From the NCBI GenBank assembly GCA_031291955.1, contig JARLIA010000014.1, positions 666 to 64,665 of the forward strand: 64,000 bases of DNA, written 5' to 3'. Below, in pieces: positions 38,005-46,269 of this stretch (positions within the stretch are counted from its first letter, which is position 1; every line of letters starts with the position of its first letter). Below the pieces are notes generated by a model. That model had not been told where the DNA came from. It searched no databases and was given only the letters and a program-made list of their open reading frames with translations. The DNA is from Minisyncoccota bacterium. GTDB taxonomy: Bacteria; Patescibacteriota; Minisyncoccia; Moranbacterales; UBA2206. Made by a program: the position numbers and the translations under genes.

Positions 38005-38032
38005 ATTATATATGACTGTTTGTACACGTCAA
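38005..38032 (-). promoter_or_regulatory. Promoter of a probably leaderless lexA transcript
   Basis: TTGACG-N16-TATAAT ends 6 nt before the ATG; no SD. Confidence 0.7.
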
Positions 38033-38073
38033 GTTCTTTACATAAGGCTATTTATTCAAAACTGTTGATAACT

Positions 38074-38346
38074 TTACTTCTCCTCCCCCATCCCATACTT
38101 AAACTTCATCCCCAGATATGTACCGGCGGCGACACCGGCGGCATAGATGATGATCGCGACAAAGCTCCTTTCTTTGTCTAGCTGATCGATGATATTGTAG
38201 ATGACCAGCATTGTCGTGATCGTCACCAGAAATGACATTGAGACGGCCGGAGCGATTTTGTGTTTGGCGATATACCGCCAGTTGAGCGTCAGCAAAAAAT
38301 CCTGGAATATCCCGACAAAAAAATAGATTATAAGATAGTATGCCAT
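38074..38346 (-). CDS. DUF5698-like small membrane protein
   Basis: Three TMs, YAAGVAAGTYLGM motif; ATG at 38346 follows the AbrB stop. Confidence 0.7.
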   Translation of the reverse strand: MAYYLIIYFFVGIFQDFLLTLNWRYIAKHKIAPAVSMSFLVTITTMLVIYNIIDQLDKERSFVAIIIYAAGVAAGTYLGMKFKYGMGEEK

Positions 38347-38347
38347 A

Positions 38348-38524
38348 TTATTTTTTCCAATCCTCAATAACCAACTTGCTCCCCGATTTCTTCACCACCA
38401 CCTTCTGCTTCTCCCGCCATTTTAGTTCGCGGACGAGTTCGATCGGAATCGTGACGGCGATGGAACGCTGGCCGACTTTGGTCAGTTTCCGGATGTTTTT
38501 GTCTTCCAATTTTCTTGTGGGCAT
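38348..38524 (-). CDS. AbrB/MazE/SpoVT-family DNA-binding protein (58 aa, not in ORF track)
   Basis: MPTRKLEDKNIRKLTKVGQRSIAVTIPIELVRELKWREKQKVVVKKSGSKLVIEDWKK. Confidence 0.88.
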   Translation of the reverse strand: MPTRKLEDKNIRKLTKVGQRSIAVTIPIELVRELKWREKQKVVVKKSGSKLVIEDWKK

Positions 38525-38727
38525 TTTTTTGTTTTAAAAATTATGTACGTAATGTATTACGTAATCTATTACTTACATCCTCAGTCTACGCCCAAAATGT
38601 CCCCCTGGCAATAAAAAATGGACTGGCAGATGGAGATCGATTTCAAATAATAAACATAAAAAAAGCTACCGGACCCGTCCGGTAGCTGTCAAAATCAAGG
38701 AAAGCGTTCCTGATCAAAACAAAAAAA

Positions 38728-39807
38728 TTACTCGCGGTCGTCCGTTTCGAGCGCGTCCCTGAGCGTTATCATGAGCTCGCCCGCTATCGGCGTGGCCACG
38801 GAAACATCGTGCATTTTCCCGCCCGTCCGCTTTTCTTCGCCGCGCGGAACGGTGTCGCAAACGATCACTTGCGTGAAAGGATTGTCGGCGCCGAAAAGCT
38901 TGCGCCGCCAGGGATCCGTGCAGACAGCGTGGGAAAAAACCATAAAAATCTTCTCAGCTCCGTACTTTTTCAGTTGCGTCGCCTGAATATAGGCCGTCCC
39001 GCCGCTGTCAATTTCGTCCTCGACGATTATAATCGTCGAATCGCGCACCTGATCAGAAGTGGCATATTCCAGATCGGCAAAGGAATCAAACTGCTTCTTT
39101 ATTTCTGCGATCTTTTCCTGATTCGCCTCGATCGCCTTAGTTTCATTGTTGAAGCCGCGATTCTTGAGACTGAAAAACACTCCAATCTCAAGCCGCTTCG
39201 CCAGTTCAATGGCTCGGCTGATCGATCCCTGGTCAGGAGCGTATACTTTAACCTTCTTCCCCTTGTCCGGTTCGGGCAGAAGCGGACGGAGCCGGTTGGA
39301 AAATAAGTCCCCCAGATTGGCGCATCGACACGCGATGCCAGCTTTTTGGAAATTGATGATGGTTTGCTCGGAATGCGGCGTAACCATAATGACGTGGCTG
39401 ATGCCGCTCGCCTTCATCTGTTCCACCAGCCATTTGTTCCGCCAGATTTCATCCAGACAATCCTCATGATCCTGGCGGCGGTAATGCATGAAAAACAAAA
39501 CCACGACAATCTGCCGGGCGCCATATTGATGCTTGGCCGCCCAACACAGCTGGAGGAAACGCAACATCACGCTTTCTTCTTTCAAACATTCGAAGAAGAC
39601 GAGGGTCTTCCCCTCGATTTCCTTGTAATTAGGAAAGCGGTCTTCAAGTTCACCGTCCCCCCAGCGGCCGTAATGAAGGTGGCTGAAGTCCGGCCGGTGA
39701 CCAAGATACTCCTGCAGTTCGTTCATGATGCTTTTAGACAATCCAGGGTTTCCCAACCCCTTGAAAAAAAGCACCTGCTCCCACAATTTTCTGGTTTCCA
39801 TGTGCAT
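38728..39807 (-). CDS. Divergent ribose-phosphate pyrophosphokinase-like protein
   Basis: GDGE, YRRQD, APDQGS and IVEDEIDSGGT PRT motifs. Confidence 0.75.
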   Translation of the reverse strand: MHMETRKLWEQVLFFKGLGNPGLSKSIMNELQEYLGHRPDFSHLHYGRWGDGELEDRFPNYKEIEGKTLVFFECLKEESVMLRFLQLCWAAKHQYGARQIVVVLFFMHYRRQDHEDCLDEIWRNKWLVEQMKASGISHVIMVTPHSEQTIINFQKAGIACRCANLGDLFSNRLRPLLPEPDKGKKVKVYAPDQGSISRAIELAKRLEIGVFFSLKNRGFNNETKAIEANQEKIAEIKKQFDSFADLEYATSDQVRDSTIIIVEDEIDSGGTAYIQATQLKKYGAEKIFMVFSHAVCTDPWRRKLFGADNPFTQVIVCDTVPRGEEKRTGGKMHDVSVATPIAGELMITLRDALETDDRE

Positions 39808-40187
39808 TTCCCCTTTCCTTGTCTGATGGATGCCTATGCAGATGTCAATATTATTGACTAACAAAGGACTGTTGTCTTCCTATCTATCGTTTCATTTCTC
39901 AAACAGTCTGTCAATCATCCTTAGCACGCTTCCGACCGACGCCAAAAATGCCTCCTTTGCAAAAAAATTGCTAGCCCGATTGTGGACTGGCGGTTTTGAC
40001 AATCATCTGAAACTCCTCCGGATTCTGATGACACGGGTCCATCGGAAACCGAATCGATAAATCCGCTCCCAACAAAAAAGGCGATTCCTCCCAGCGCACC
40101 GCTTTCCAGGGCTCAGCCACAACATAAGAACCTCCTTCTCTTTGTCTTGCAATTCAATGCCACCCCCTCCTGTTATTTTAAACCAGT

Positions 40188-40772
40188 CTACTTCGGCGAT
40201 TCTTTGAAGGCTTCCTGCTCGTTGAATTTCTGCTTCCATTCTTCCGGACTGCCATAATCGGCGAAATCCTTGTACCAATCATGATAGACTTTCGGTTTGT
40301 TGGCGGCTTTGATGGGACACCAATATCTTTCCGTCCGAGCGGCGATTTCCATGGCATAGGCGAAAAAGCCGTTGGCGTAACTGCAATAGAGACAATTCAC
40401 TTTTTGGACTATGTTGAGATAATCCAAAAAACGCCGGTCATAAACGACGTAGTCGCTCCGTTTCACTTTCGGGATGCCATAGAGCGGAAAAGCCACCGCG
40501 TGATAGAGCGTGATAAAAATATCCAAAATGAAAATCGGGAAAATCATGACATAGATAAATGGCAGGGAAATGAGATGGCGGATATTTTTTGAGCAAACAT
40601 ATTTCCAAGCCGGCACGCGGAATTTCTGGTTTCGCGCCTTGATTTTTTCCAAAAAAACAATCCCCTTCTCTCGCACCGAAAAACCATATTTTTCAGCCAG
40701 GCGCTGATGTTCCTTTTTCAGCTTTTCGTTCAGTTGGTCGATCTTCTCGATAATTTCTTTTATTTTATCCAT
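40188..40772 (-). CDS. Conserved hypothetical Cys-motif membrane protein
   Basis: One TM region; NCLYCSYANG and ERYWCPIK. Confidence 0.75.
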   Translation of the reverse strand: MDKIKEIIEKIDQLNEKLKKEHQRLAEKYGFSVREKGIVFLEKIKARNQKFRVPAWKYVCSKNIRHLISLPFIYVMIFPIFILDIFITLYHAVAFPLYGIPKVKRSDYVVYDRRFLDYLNIVQKVNCLYCSYANGFFAYAMEIAARTERYWCPIKAANKPKVYHDWYKDFADYGSPEEWKQKFNEQEAFKESPK

Positions 40773-40922
40773 ATTGGTTTTTTCGTTTATTCCAGCTATT
40801 TGTTCAGACGCATTCTTTTATTATACCGGGTTTTGGGAAATAAAAAAACAGTGTTTTATCACTGCCTTAATTTTTTCTCCCAATTTTTTGCGGCTATCTC
40901 CCGGAGTCCACGCATACGGAAG

Positions 40923-42530
40923 TCAGTTTTTCAAGATGTAGATCGTTTGATTGAAAAATTTCCGATCGGACAAAATCCGGCGGTTGCCGATAGCGCCGGG
41001 AATCGAATGAGAGCCGCTGTCGGCCACGTAATAAAGCGGCGTGCCTGGCGTGAGCCGGGAGCTGTCGGCATTTTCCACCATGGACATATCCAGCCCTTTC
41101 CGACGGACGAGATAGGCCGCGGGATCAAAATAGCGCACGAGCAGATTGCTTTGCCCGGCGAAATAACCCCGGGCAGTGTTTTTCGGTACGGTTTCCAAAA
41201 TATAGTTACTCATCGCCTCATCCTGGGAGAGCGTGCTGTTCGAATAATTATTCTGAAAACCTCGGACATAGCTGACCGCCGTTACCCCGTCGACCGTCAA
41301 AGAACAAATCGCAATCGCACCGATCACCGCCCCGGCCGCCAACATTCCCCTTCGGTCAAATCTTTTCTCGACCGCTTCCATGAGCAGGCCCAAAAACACC
41401 AAAGGCACAAAAAACATGACGGAATAGTATGACACGTGGATCATACCGGAGACACTCATGAGAATTATGATGGTCGCCAGATTGAAAAGCATGACCAGCG
41501 CCAAAAAATTTTTCCTTCGAACTTCCATTCCCCCGACAAGATTGCGGATCAAAAAATAATAACCGGAAAGCGTTAATAGCGCGTAGGCAATCAGGATTAG
41601 AAAATAAGACTTGTCAGTGTTCCAACCGTACTCGGCAGCTCTCAAAACATCGCCGCATTGATAATCGCCGCCGATGGAAGTTAGGAAATAACCATCGGCT
41701 TCGATCTGGCAGGCGGAGATAAGCGCCAAACTTTCTCCATAATTATTCTTCGCGTTGCTGTGATCATGGAGTCCTTGAAAAAAATAGCGGGTGTTTTGAA
41801 AATTGGTGTGAAGTTCCGACACGATCTGCGCTGTATTAAGGAGAGCAGCCAAAACCATGACAATAGCCAGGCTTTTCCAAATTCCCCGGCCGCCGACTCG
41901 CCAAAAATAGGCCAACACCGAAAGACCGACAATGGGCATGACCACCAAGGAAATAGTGTGCATCTGAACGCCCAGGCCAAGAGAAAAACCCAGAAGAGCG
42001 CTCCAGCCGGGATGGAATTTTTTTGGGTCGTTCAAAATTTTGAGCAGTCCCCACAGGAATAGAATGACAAAAAGCGGCACCAGGTTGGGGTTGGAAGAAA
42101 AACGGGAAGCGTTGATCATGAAATAGGAAACGCTCATGACTCCGGTGAGCGCCAAAGAAATTTTTTCAGAGAAGTTTTCGCGCAGAAAAAAGAAAGTGAA
42201 GGGAATGGCCAAAATGCCCGCCAGAAGACTGGGATAGGCCATTCTGTCGGGATAATTTCCAAAAATCTTGACACTGGCAAATGAAAGATAGTAATAAGCC
42301 GGACCGAGATGGAAATTCGTTTCATTGGCCGCCGGCCCCAAAAGCGACAGCGGGGCCTTGCCCTCCAGCGCGTCGCTGATAATGGTAGCATCTCGCGGCT
42401 GATCCTCGGAAAAACGCATCCAATCGCGGAAATTATAGGTGCGGAGAAAAATGCCCGCCAGAAAAATCACGGCCAGGATCATCAGCGTCCTTTTGTTTTC
42501 TTTTAAATATGCGCTTGCGTGGAATTTCAT
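40923..42530 (-). CDS. ArnT/PMT-like (GT39/GT83) membrane glycosyltransferase
   Basis: FLRTY..EDQPRD, LGPAYYY, SRFSSNPN; many TMs. Confidence 0.85.
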   Translation of the reverse strand: MKFHASAYLKENKRTLMILAVIFLAGIFLRTYNFRDWMRFSEDQPRDATIISDALEGKAPLSLLGPAANETNFHLGPAYYYLSFASVKIFGNYPDRMAYPSLLAGILAIPFTFFFLRENFSEKISLALTGVMSVSYFMINASRFSSNPNLVPLFVILFLWGLLKILNDPKKFHPGWSALLGFSLGLGVQMHTISLVVMPIVGLSVLAYFWRVGGRGIWKSLAIVMVLAALLNTAQIVSELHTNFQNTRYFFQGLHDHSNAKNNYGESLALISACQIEADGYFLTSIGGDYQCGDVLRAAEYGWNTDKSYFLILIAYALLTLSGYYFLIRNLVGGMEVRRKNFLALVMLFNLATIIILMSVSGMIHVSYYSVMFFVPLVFLGLLMEAVEKRFDRRGMLAAGAVIGAIAICSLTVDGVTAVSYVRGFQNNYSNSTLSQDEAMSNYILETVPKNTARGYFAGQSNLLVRYFDPAAYLVRRKGLDMSMVENADSSRLTPGTPLYYVADSGSHSIPGAIGNRRILSDRKFFNQTIYILKN

Positions 42531-42721
42531 AAAATTTATTATATCATTTATGACGAGGCACGCCCACCTTGGCTCTTGGGACAAGGAAGTCAATGAAAGT
42601 TATTCGCTGTTTTAAAAACAAAAAAACCGCCATTTCTATTATTGAGGAAATTTAAACATCACTTATCCATGCGTCCACTTTAAAAGGAGTCTGTCAATTT
42701 TGACAAACCCCTTTTTTCGCG

Positions 42722-42964
42722 TCAAAGCGCGTTGTGCTTTTTCAGAAAAACCAGCGAGACAATTCCAAGCATTAGGAATATCGCGCCAGAAAAAAGAAGC
42801 GCGAAGCGTAAAGAACAGACATCGGCTGTCCACCCGACCAGCGGCCCAACAATAGAAAAAATGATTCTAACCGCCAAGTTTTTCACCGAAAGGACTGTCG
42901 CCCGATTTTCCGACGGGATGAGTCCGTTGATGTAGTCCAGCGTTATCGGATTGTTTATCCCGCG
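42722..42964 (-). pseudogene. C-terminal remnant of an MFS transporter
   Basis: RGINNPITLDYINGLIPSENRATVLSVKNLAVRIIFSIVGPLVGWTAD...KHNAL*; no start codon. Confidence 0.75.
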
Positions 42965-43146
42965 CGCCGCTCAATCAGGTTAAGCTCCAGCATCTTCTCC
43001 AAATCTCTGGAAATGGTGATTCTGGTAACTTCTCCGATGCTCTTTTGGATATGCTCAAATATCTGCCCAATTGAGGCAGTTTTATTGGTTTCGATAAAGA
43101 CCAAAATAGCGTCTTGCCTTTTGTTCAGTTTATTATTGATTGCCAT
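42955..43146 (-). pseudogene. N-terminal wHTH remnant (Fic- or DeoR-type), truncated
   Basis: LNKRQDAIL...TRITISRDLEKML..LIERRAG*; ends exactly where the MFS remnant begins. Confidence 0.65.
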
Positions 43147-43373
43147 ATTTTTTATACCATTTATATGCTCTAATTGTATCATTTATGATATGCAAAGTCA
43201 ACATAAATGTTGTTTTATATGTAAAAATGGCTGAAATAGGCGCATTTATCCATTTTGTTCCGGGAAAGCGGAAGTATTTGGATTATTTTGATCGCTACCC
43301 CGAGAATGCAAACAAAAATACCCATCAATCGGGTATCTGTATTTTTTGCTTTATATCTAAGATTAATTTTGAC

Positions 43374-43544
43374 TTATTTTCGCTGTAAAAGAAAGAAATT
43401 GATGGCAAGAAGAGCCATCAGACTAATATAGGAAGCCTTCTGAACAAGATTGCCTCTGAATCCCTCATCAATTCCGTTATATGTAATCCAAAGAATAAAA
43501 ATGACGTTTCCCAAGAGTGCTAAAAGGCGAAGTATTTTCAGCAT
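43374..43544 (-). CDS. Small two-TM protein (56 aa, not in ORF track)
   Basis: MLKILRLLALLGNVIFILWITYNGIDEGFRGNLVQKASYISLMALLAINFFLLQRK. Confidence 0.6.
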   Translation of the reverse strand: MLKILRLLALLGNVIFILWITYNGIDEGFRGNLVQKASYISLMALLAINFFLLQRK

Positions 43545-43554
43545 AGTTTATTTT

Positions 43555-43839
43555 TTATAATCCAAAACAAAAATGGCCCAAACAAGCCCAGGGCAAATCT
43601 CCATCCAGATACCATTTGTTTTGATACTTCACGATTTTGATAGTTTCTCCTGTTGCGGTCTTGCAGGTGCCGTAATTTTCAGTTTTTTCAAGAAGTTGGA
43701 CACAGCCTCTGAAAGCATAATAATTTTCAAATGTGCTGTGGGCTTTTTTCAAAGTATACAACTGATAAATTCCGAAAATAGTAACCGATACCATTATCAG
43801 AATTATAAATATTGTAATTTTTTTGTTAATTATAGCCAT
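43555..43839 (-). CDS. Small membrane-anchored Cys-containing hypothetical protein
   Basis: N-terminal TM; FRGCVQL, GTCK and WYLDGDLP. Confidence 0.7.
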   Translation of the reverse strand: MAIINKKITIFIILIMVSVTIFGIYQLYTLKKAHSTFENYYAFRGCVQLLEKTENYGTCKTATGETIKIVKYQNKWYLDGDLPWACLGHFCFGL

Positions 43840-44008
43840 AATAAGTTCTTGATTATTTGTGCCCCAAATATATCACAAACTACCGCTAAACAACAGTGGA
43901 GTAACGACAACCAAAAAATGCAGAAAAACTCACCCTTGAAACGAAACGTTTCCAGGGAGATATTGATTTTAGAGCACACAAAAGCACCCGAAAGGGTGCC
44001 CTGTTATA

Positions 44009-44693
44009 AAGTATCACAGTCTTTTGCGATTAGTCCGAAAATTTCTAAGTCTCATTTCTATAGTGTATCGTTTCAATACTCGGACTTTCCTGATTATGCA
44101 TTCCATATACTAAAAAGTATAAATTTGATATTCCAGGTAGTATAATAGCAAGTATAATTAGACCTTTAGGAAGCTTGTAGTGGTATATCAGATAACCTCC
44201 CAAAACAAGCTGAATTAGCCAGAATAAATAACGCACACCTAAATCTTGATGAAATAGCATACCCAAACTGATTGCTGGAATAAAAGTAATCCAAAGCCAT
44301 ATCAACGTACCCTCAGAAAGAGATTTGAGAAATATTCTGTTATTCTTGAACCCTAAAAAACCTAAAAATGTAAATAAACCCAAGAAAATCAGATTCAAAA
44401 TAATCACAACTGAGAAAAGCACTATCCAATACAAAGATGTTCCAATATCATTCCGACCTTTAGAAATTGATATGGCATTAACCCCTATTACTTCAATAAC
44501 CACTAAAAATAATAAGGCAAGAGTATATGCGATTAAAATTCTTCTAAATTTATTCATTTTTTTATTTTATTTTTACCCATTTCAAATATACCACAAATTG
44601 CTGCTTTCTGAAAGCCGAGTATCCCAAAAACGCAAAAAACACCATTCAAGGTGTTTTCATTTTATAAGTATCACAGTCTTTTGCGATTAGTCC
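44009..44693. repeat. 28-bp direct repeat (44009-44036 and 44666-44693) flanking an AT-rich gene
   Basis: Identical AAGTATCACAGTCTTTTGCGATTAGTCC copies; complementary to 47423-47446 in the 16S leader. Confidence 0.9.
44045..44557 (-). CDS. AT-rich multi-TM hypothetical protein
   Basis: 170-aa ORF with about 5 hydrophobic segments, lying between the direct repeats. Confidence 0.7.
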   Translation of the reverse strand: MNKFRRILIAYTLALLFLVVIEVIGVNAISISKGRNDIGTSLYWIVLFSVVIILNLIFLGLFTFLGFLGFKNNRIFLKSLSEGTLIWLWITFIPAISLGMLFHQDLGVRYLFWLIQLVLGGYLIYHYKLPKGLIILAIILPGISNLYFLVYGMHNQESPSIETIHYRNET

Positions 44694-45003
44694 AAGAGTC
44701 TACCAGTGTGTGTACAAACACACCTACCGATTTTTTGGCTCGGCTAAGCCTAGCTGTTTGCTACCGAAGTAGCATCGACCAGCGAGATAACATTCACACT
44801 CCTCAACATCTAACTTGCATTAGTATGTCTTAACGAGTAGTGCTCTCGAATGTTACCAAAATCTCCCTAGAAAGGAGGTGATCCATCCACAGCTTCCGCT
44901 ACGGATGCCTTGTTACGACTTCACCCTTATCATCGATCCCACCCTGGTCCCTGCTTTGAGACAGGGCCTTCCGGTGTTACCGACTCTCTTGGTGTGACGG
45001 GCG

Positions 45004-45864
45004 ATTATCTTCGTGAAACTACAAATTGATGTTCCCATCGTGCCTGCGGATTTCCCGCACACGACGAGCTCTAATGCATTTTTTGCTTAAGGATGTAGAT
45101 TTTCCTTAAACCTGATTCTTTCAAATGATCTTTTTTCATGACCATTTCAAGAATCCGGCAAAAAATTTCAAAGTCACCGTTCTTTGAGCGTAATCTCAAA
45201 GAATTACTTTTGAAAAATGGAATGATAATTTTTTCCAGATCGTTTCGATTAGCTACTTCAAAGCGATAACAATCTTGATGATTGGCCCGTTTATCTTTTT
45301 GAAAATAAACGTTGCCGCAACCGAAGAATTTCTTGAGTTCATAGAGGATTTCTTTATCTTTCTCTATGAGCTTCAAGAAAAATCTTGGCTCAACCTTTGT
45401 TCGCCGCTGAACTTTTTTCTTTGAATCAGGATCTTTCACGTAAGCCGTAAAGCTTCCCTCTCCATCGACTAAGCCAACGATATAATCTGGATTCAATTCC
45501 ATATGCATTGAGTGAATCCTTCCTCGCCGATGAGGCGAGTACTACGATTCAGCTGACTTCTTACGCTGCGTAAGTTTCATTATATGATCATATTATAACA
45601 CATAATCATAACAACGTAAGATCTCCCGGGGTCATTTAAGTTTCCGTTCCTGGCATTCCGATTGGCGTTTTTGCTTGCATTTTCCCCACGCTCACCACCT
45701 GTCCATGGGTCAATGCCGCCTTTTTCGTATCGGACTGCCATTTGCCTCCAGATCCTTCGCCGTGTTTCTCGCGAAACACGACTATCTTTCGGCTACGCTC
45801 TGATTGGGTTTCAGAGGAGAAGATTCTAACTTCTTGGAAATTTAAACTGCCCGGCGCTTTTATT
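45004..45864 (-). mobile_element. Group II (IIC-like) intron in 16S rRNA at E. coli position 1399/1400
   Basis: Splits GTACTCAC|CGCCCGTC; domain V at 45035-45067, domain III at 45513-45551, EBS1 stem-loop at 45685-45709; ends in AT. Confidence 0.85.
45071..45508 (-). CDS. Single-motif LAGLIDADG homing endonuclease in intron domain IV
   Basis: YIVGLVDGEGSF, LKKFFGCGNV and IIPFF motifs. Confidence 0.93.
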   Translation of the reverse strand: MHMELNPDYIVGLVDGEGSFTAYVKDPDSKKKVQRRTKVEPRFFLKLIEKDKEILYELKKFFGCGNVYFQKDKRANHQDCYRFEVANRNDLEKIIIPFFKSNSLRLRSKNGDFEIFCRILEMVMKKDHLKESGLRKIYILKQKMH

Positions 45865-46008
45865 GTGAGTACAAGATCCGAGAACGTATTCACCGCGCCA
45901 TGGCTGATGCGCGATTACTAGTGATTCCAGCTTCATGAGGTCGAGTTGCAGACCTCAATCCGAACTGAGACCGGTTTTTTGGGATTAGCTCCGTCTTGCG
46001 ACTTGGCA

Positions 46009-46040
<32 letters not shown>

Positions 46041-46091
46041 AGCCCAGGGCGTCAAAGGGCCACGCTGATCTGACGTCATCCCCGCCTTCCT

Positions 46092-46269
46092 CCCAGAACG
46101 AAACGCGCTTTGCTAAGCGCTCAATTTCTAATTTTCAATTTCTAATTTCTAAACAATGTCTAATTTCTCAATGATTAAATTTCTAAATTGAAAATTAATT
46201 CATTGAAAATTGTTTGAAAATTGAGAATTGAAAATTGAGAATTGAGCACGAAGTGCGTTTTGTTCTGGG
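46092..46269 (-). repeat. Long nested hairpin insertion in 16S helix 40
   Basis: Outer arms CCCAGAACGAAACGCGCTT / AAGTGCGTTTTGTTCTGGG enclose an AT-rich heptamer palindrome (46119-46247). Confidence 0.88.

Noticed and set aside
40003-40125. 40-codon Arg-rich ORF behind a strong AAGGAGG
   Set aside because: No recognisable motif and could be chance or a remnant; not enough support
44009-44693. 28-bp repeats as a CRISPR array
   Set aside because: Only two copies, 657 bp apart, and no cas genes
44694-44870. tRNA in the 16S trailer
   Set aside because: Hairpins are present but there is no cloverleaf or T-loop consensus
45004-45864. Group I intron assignment suggested by the LAGLIDADG ORF
   Set aside because: No U before the 5' splice site and no terminal G; group II domain V, domain III and EBS1 are present
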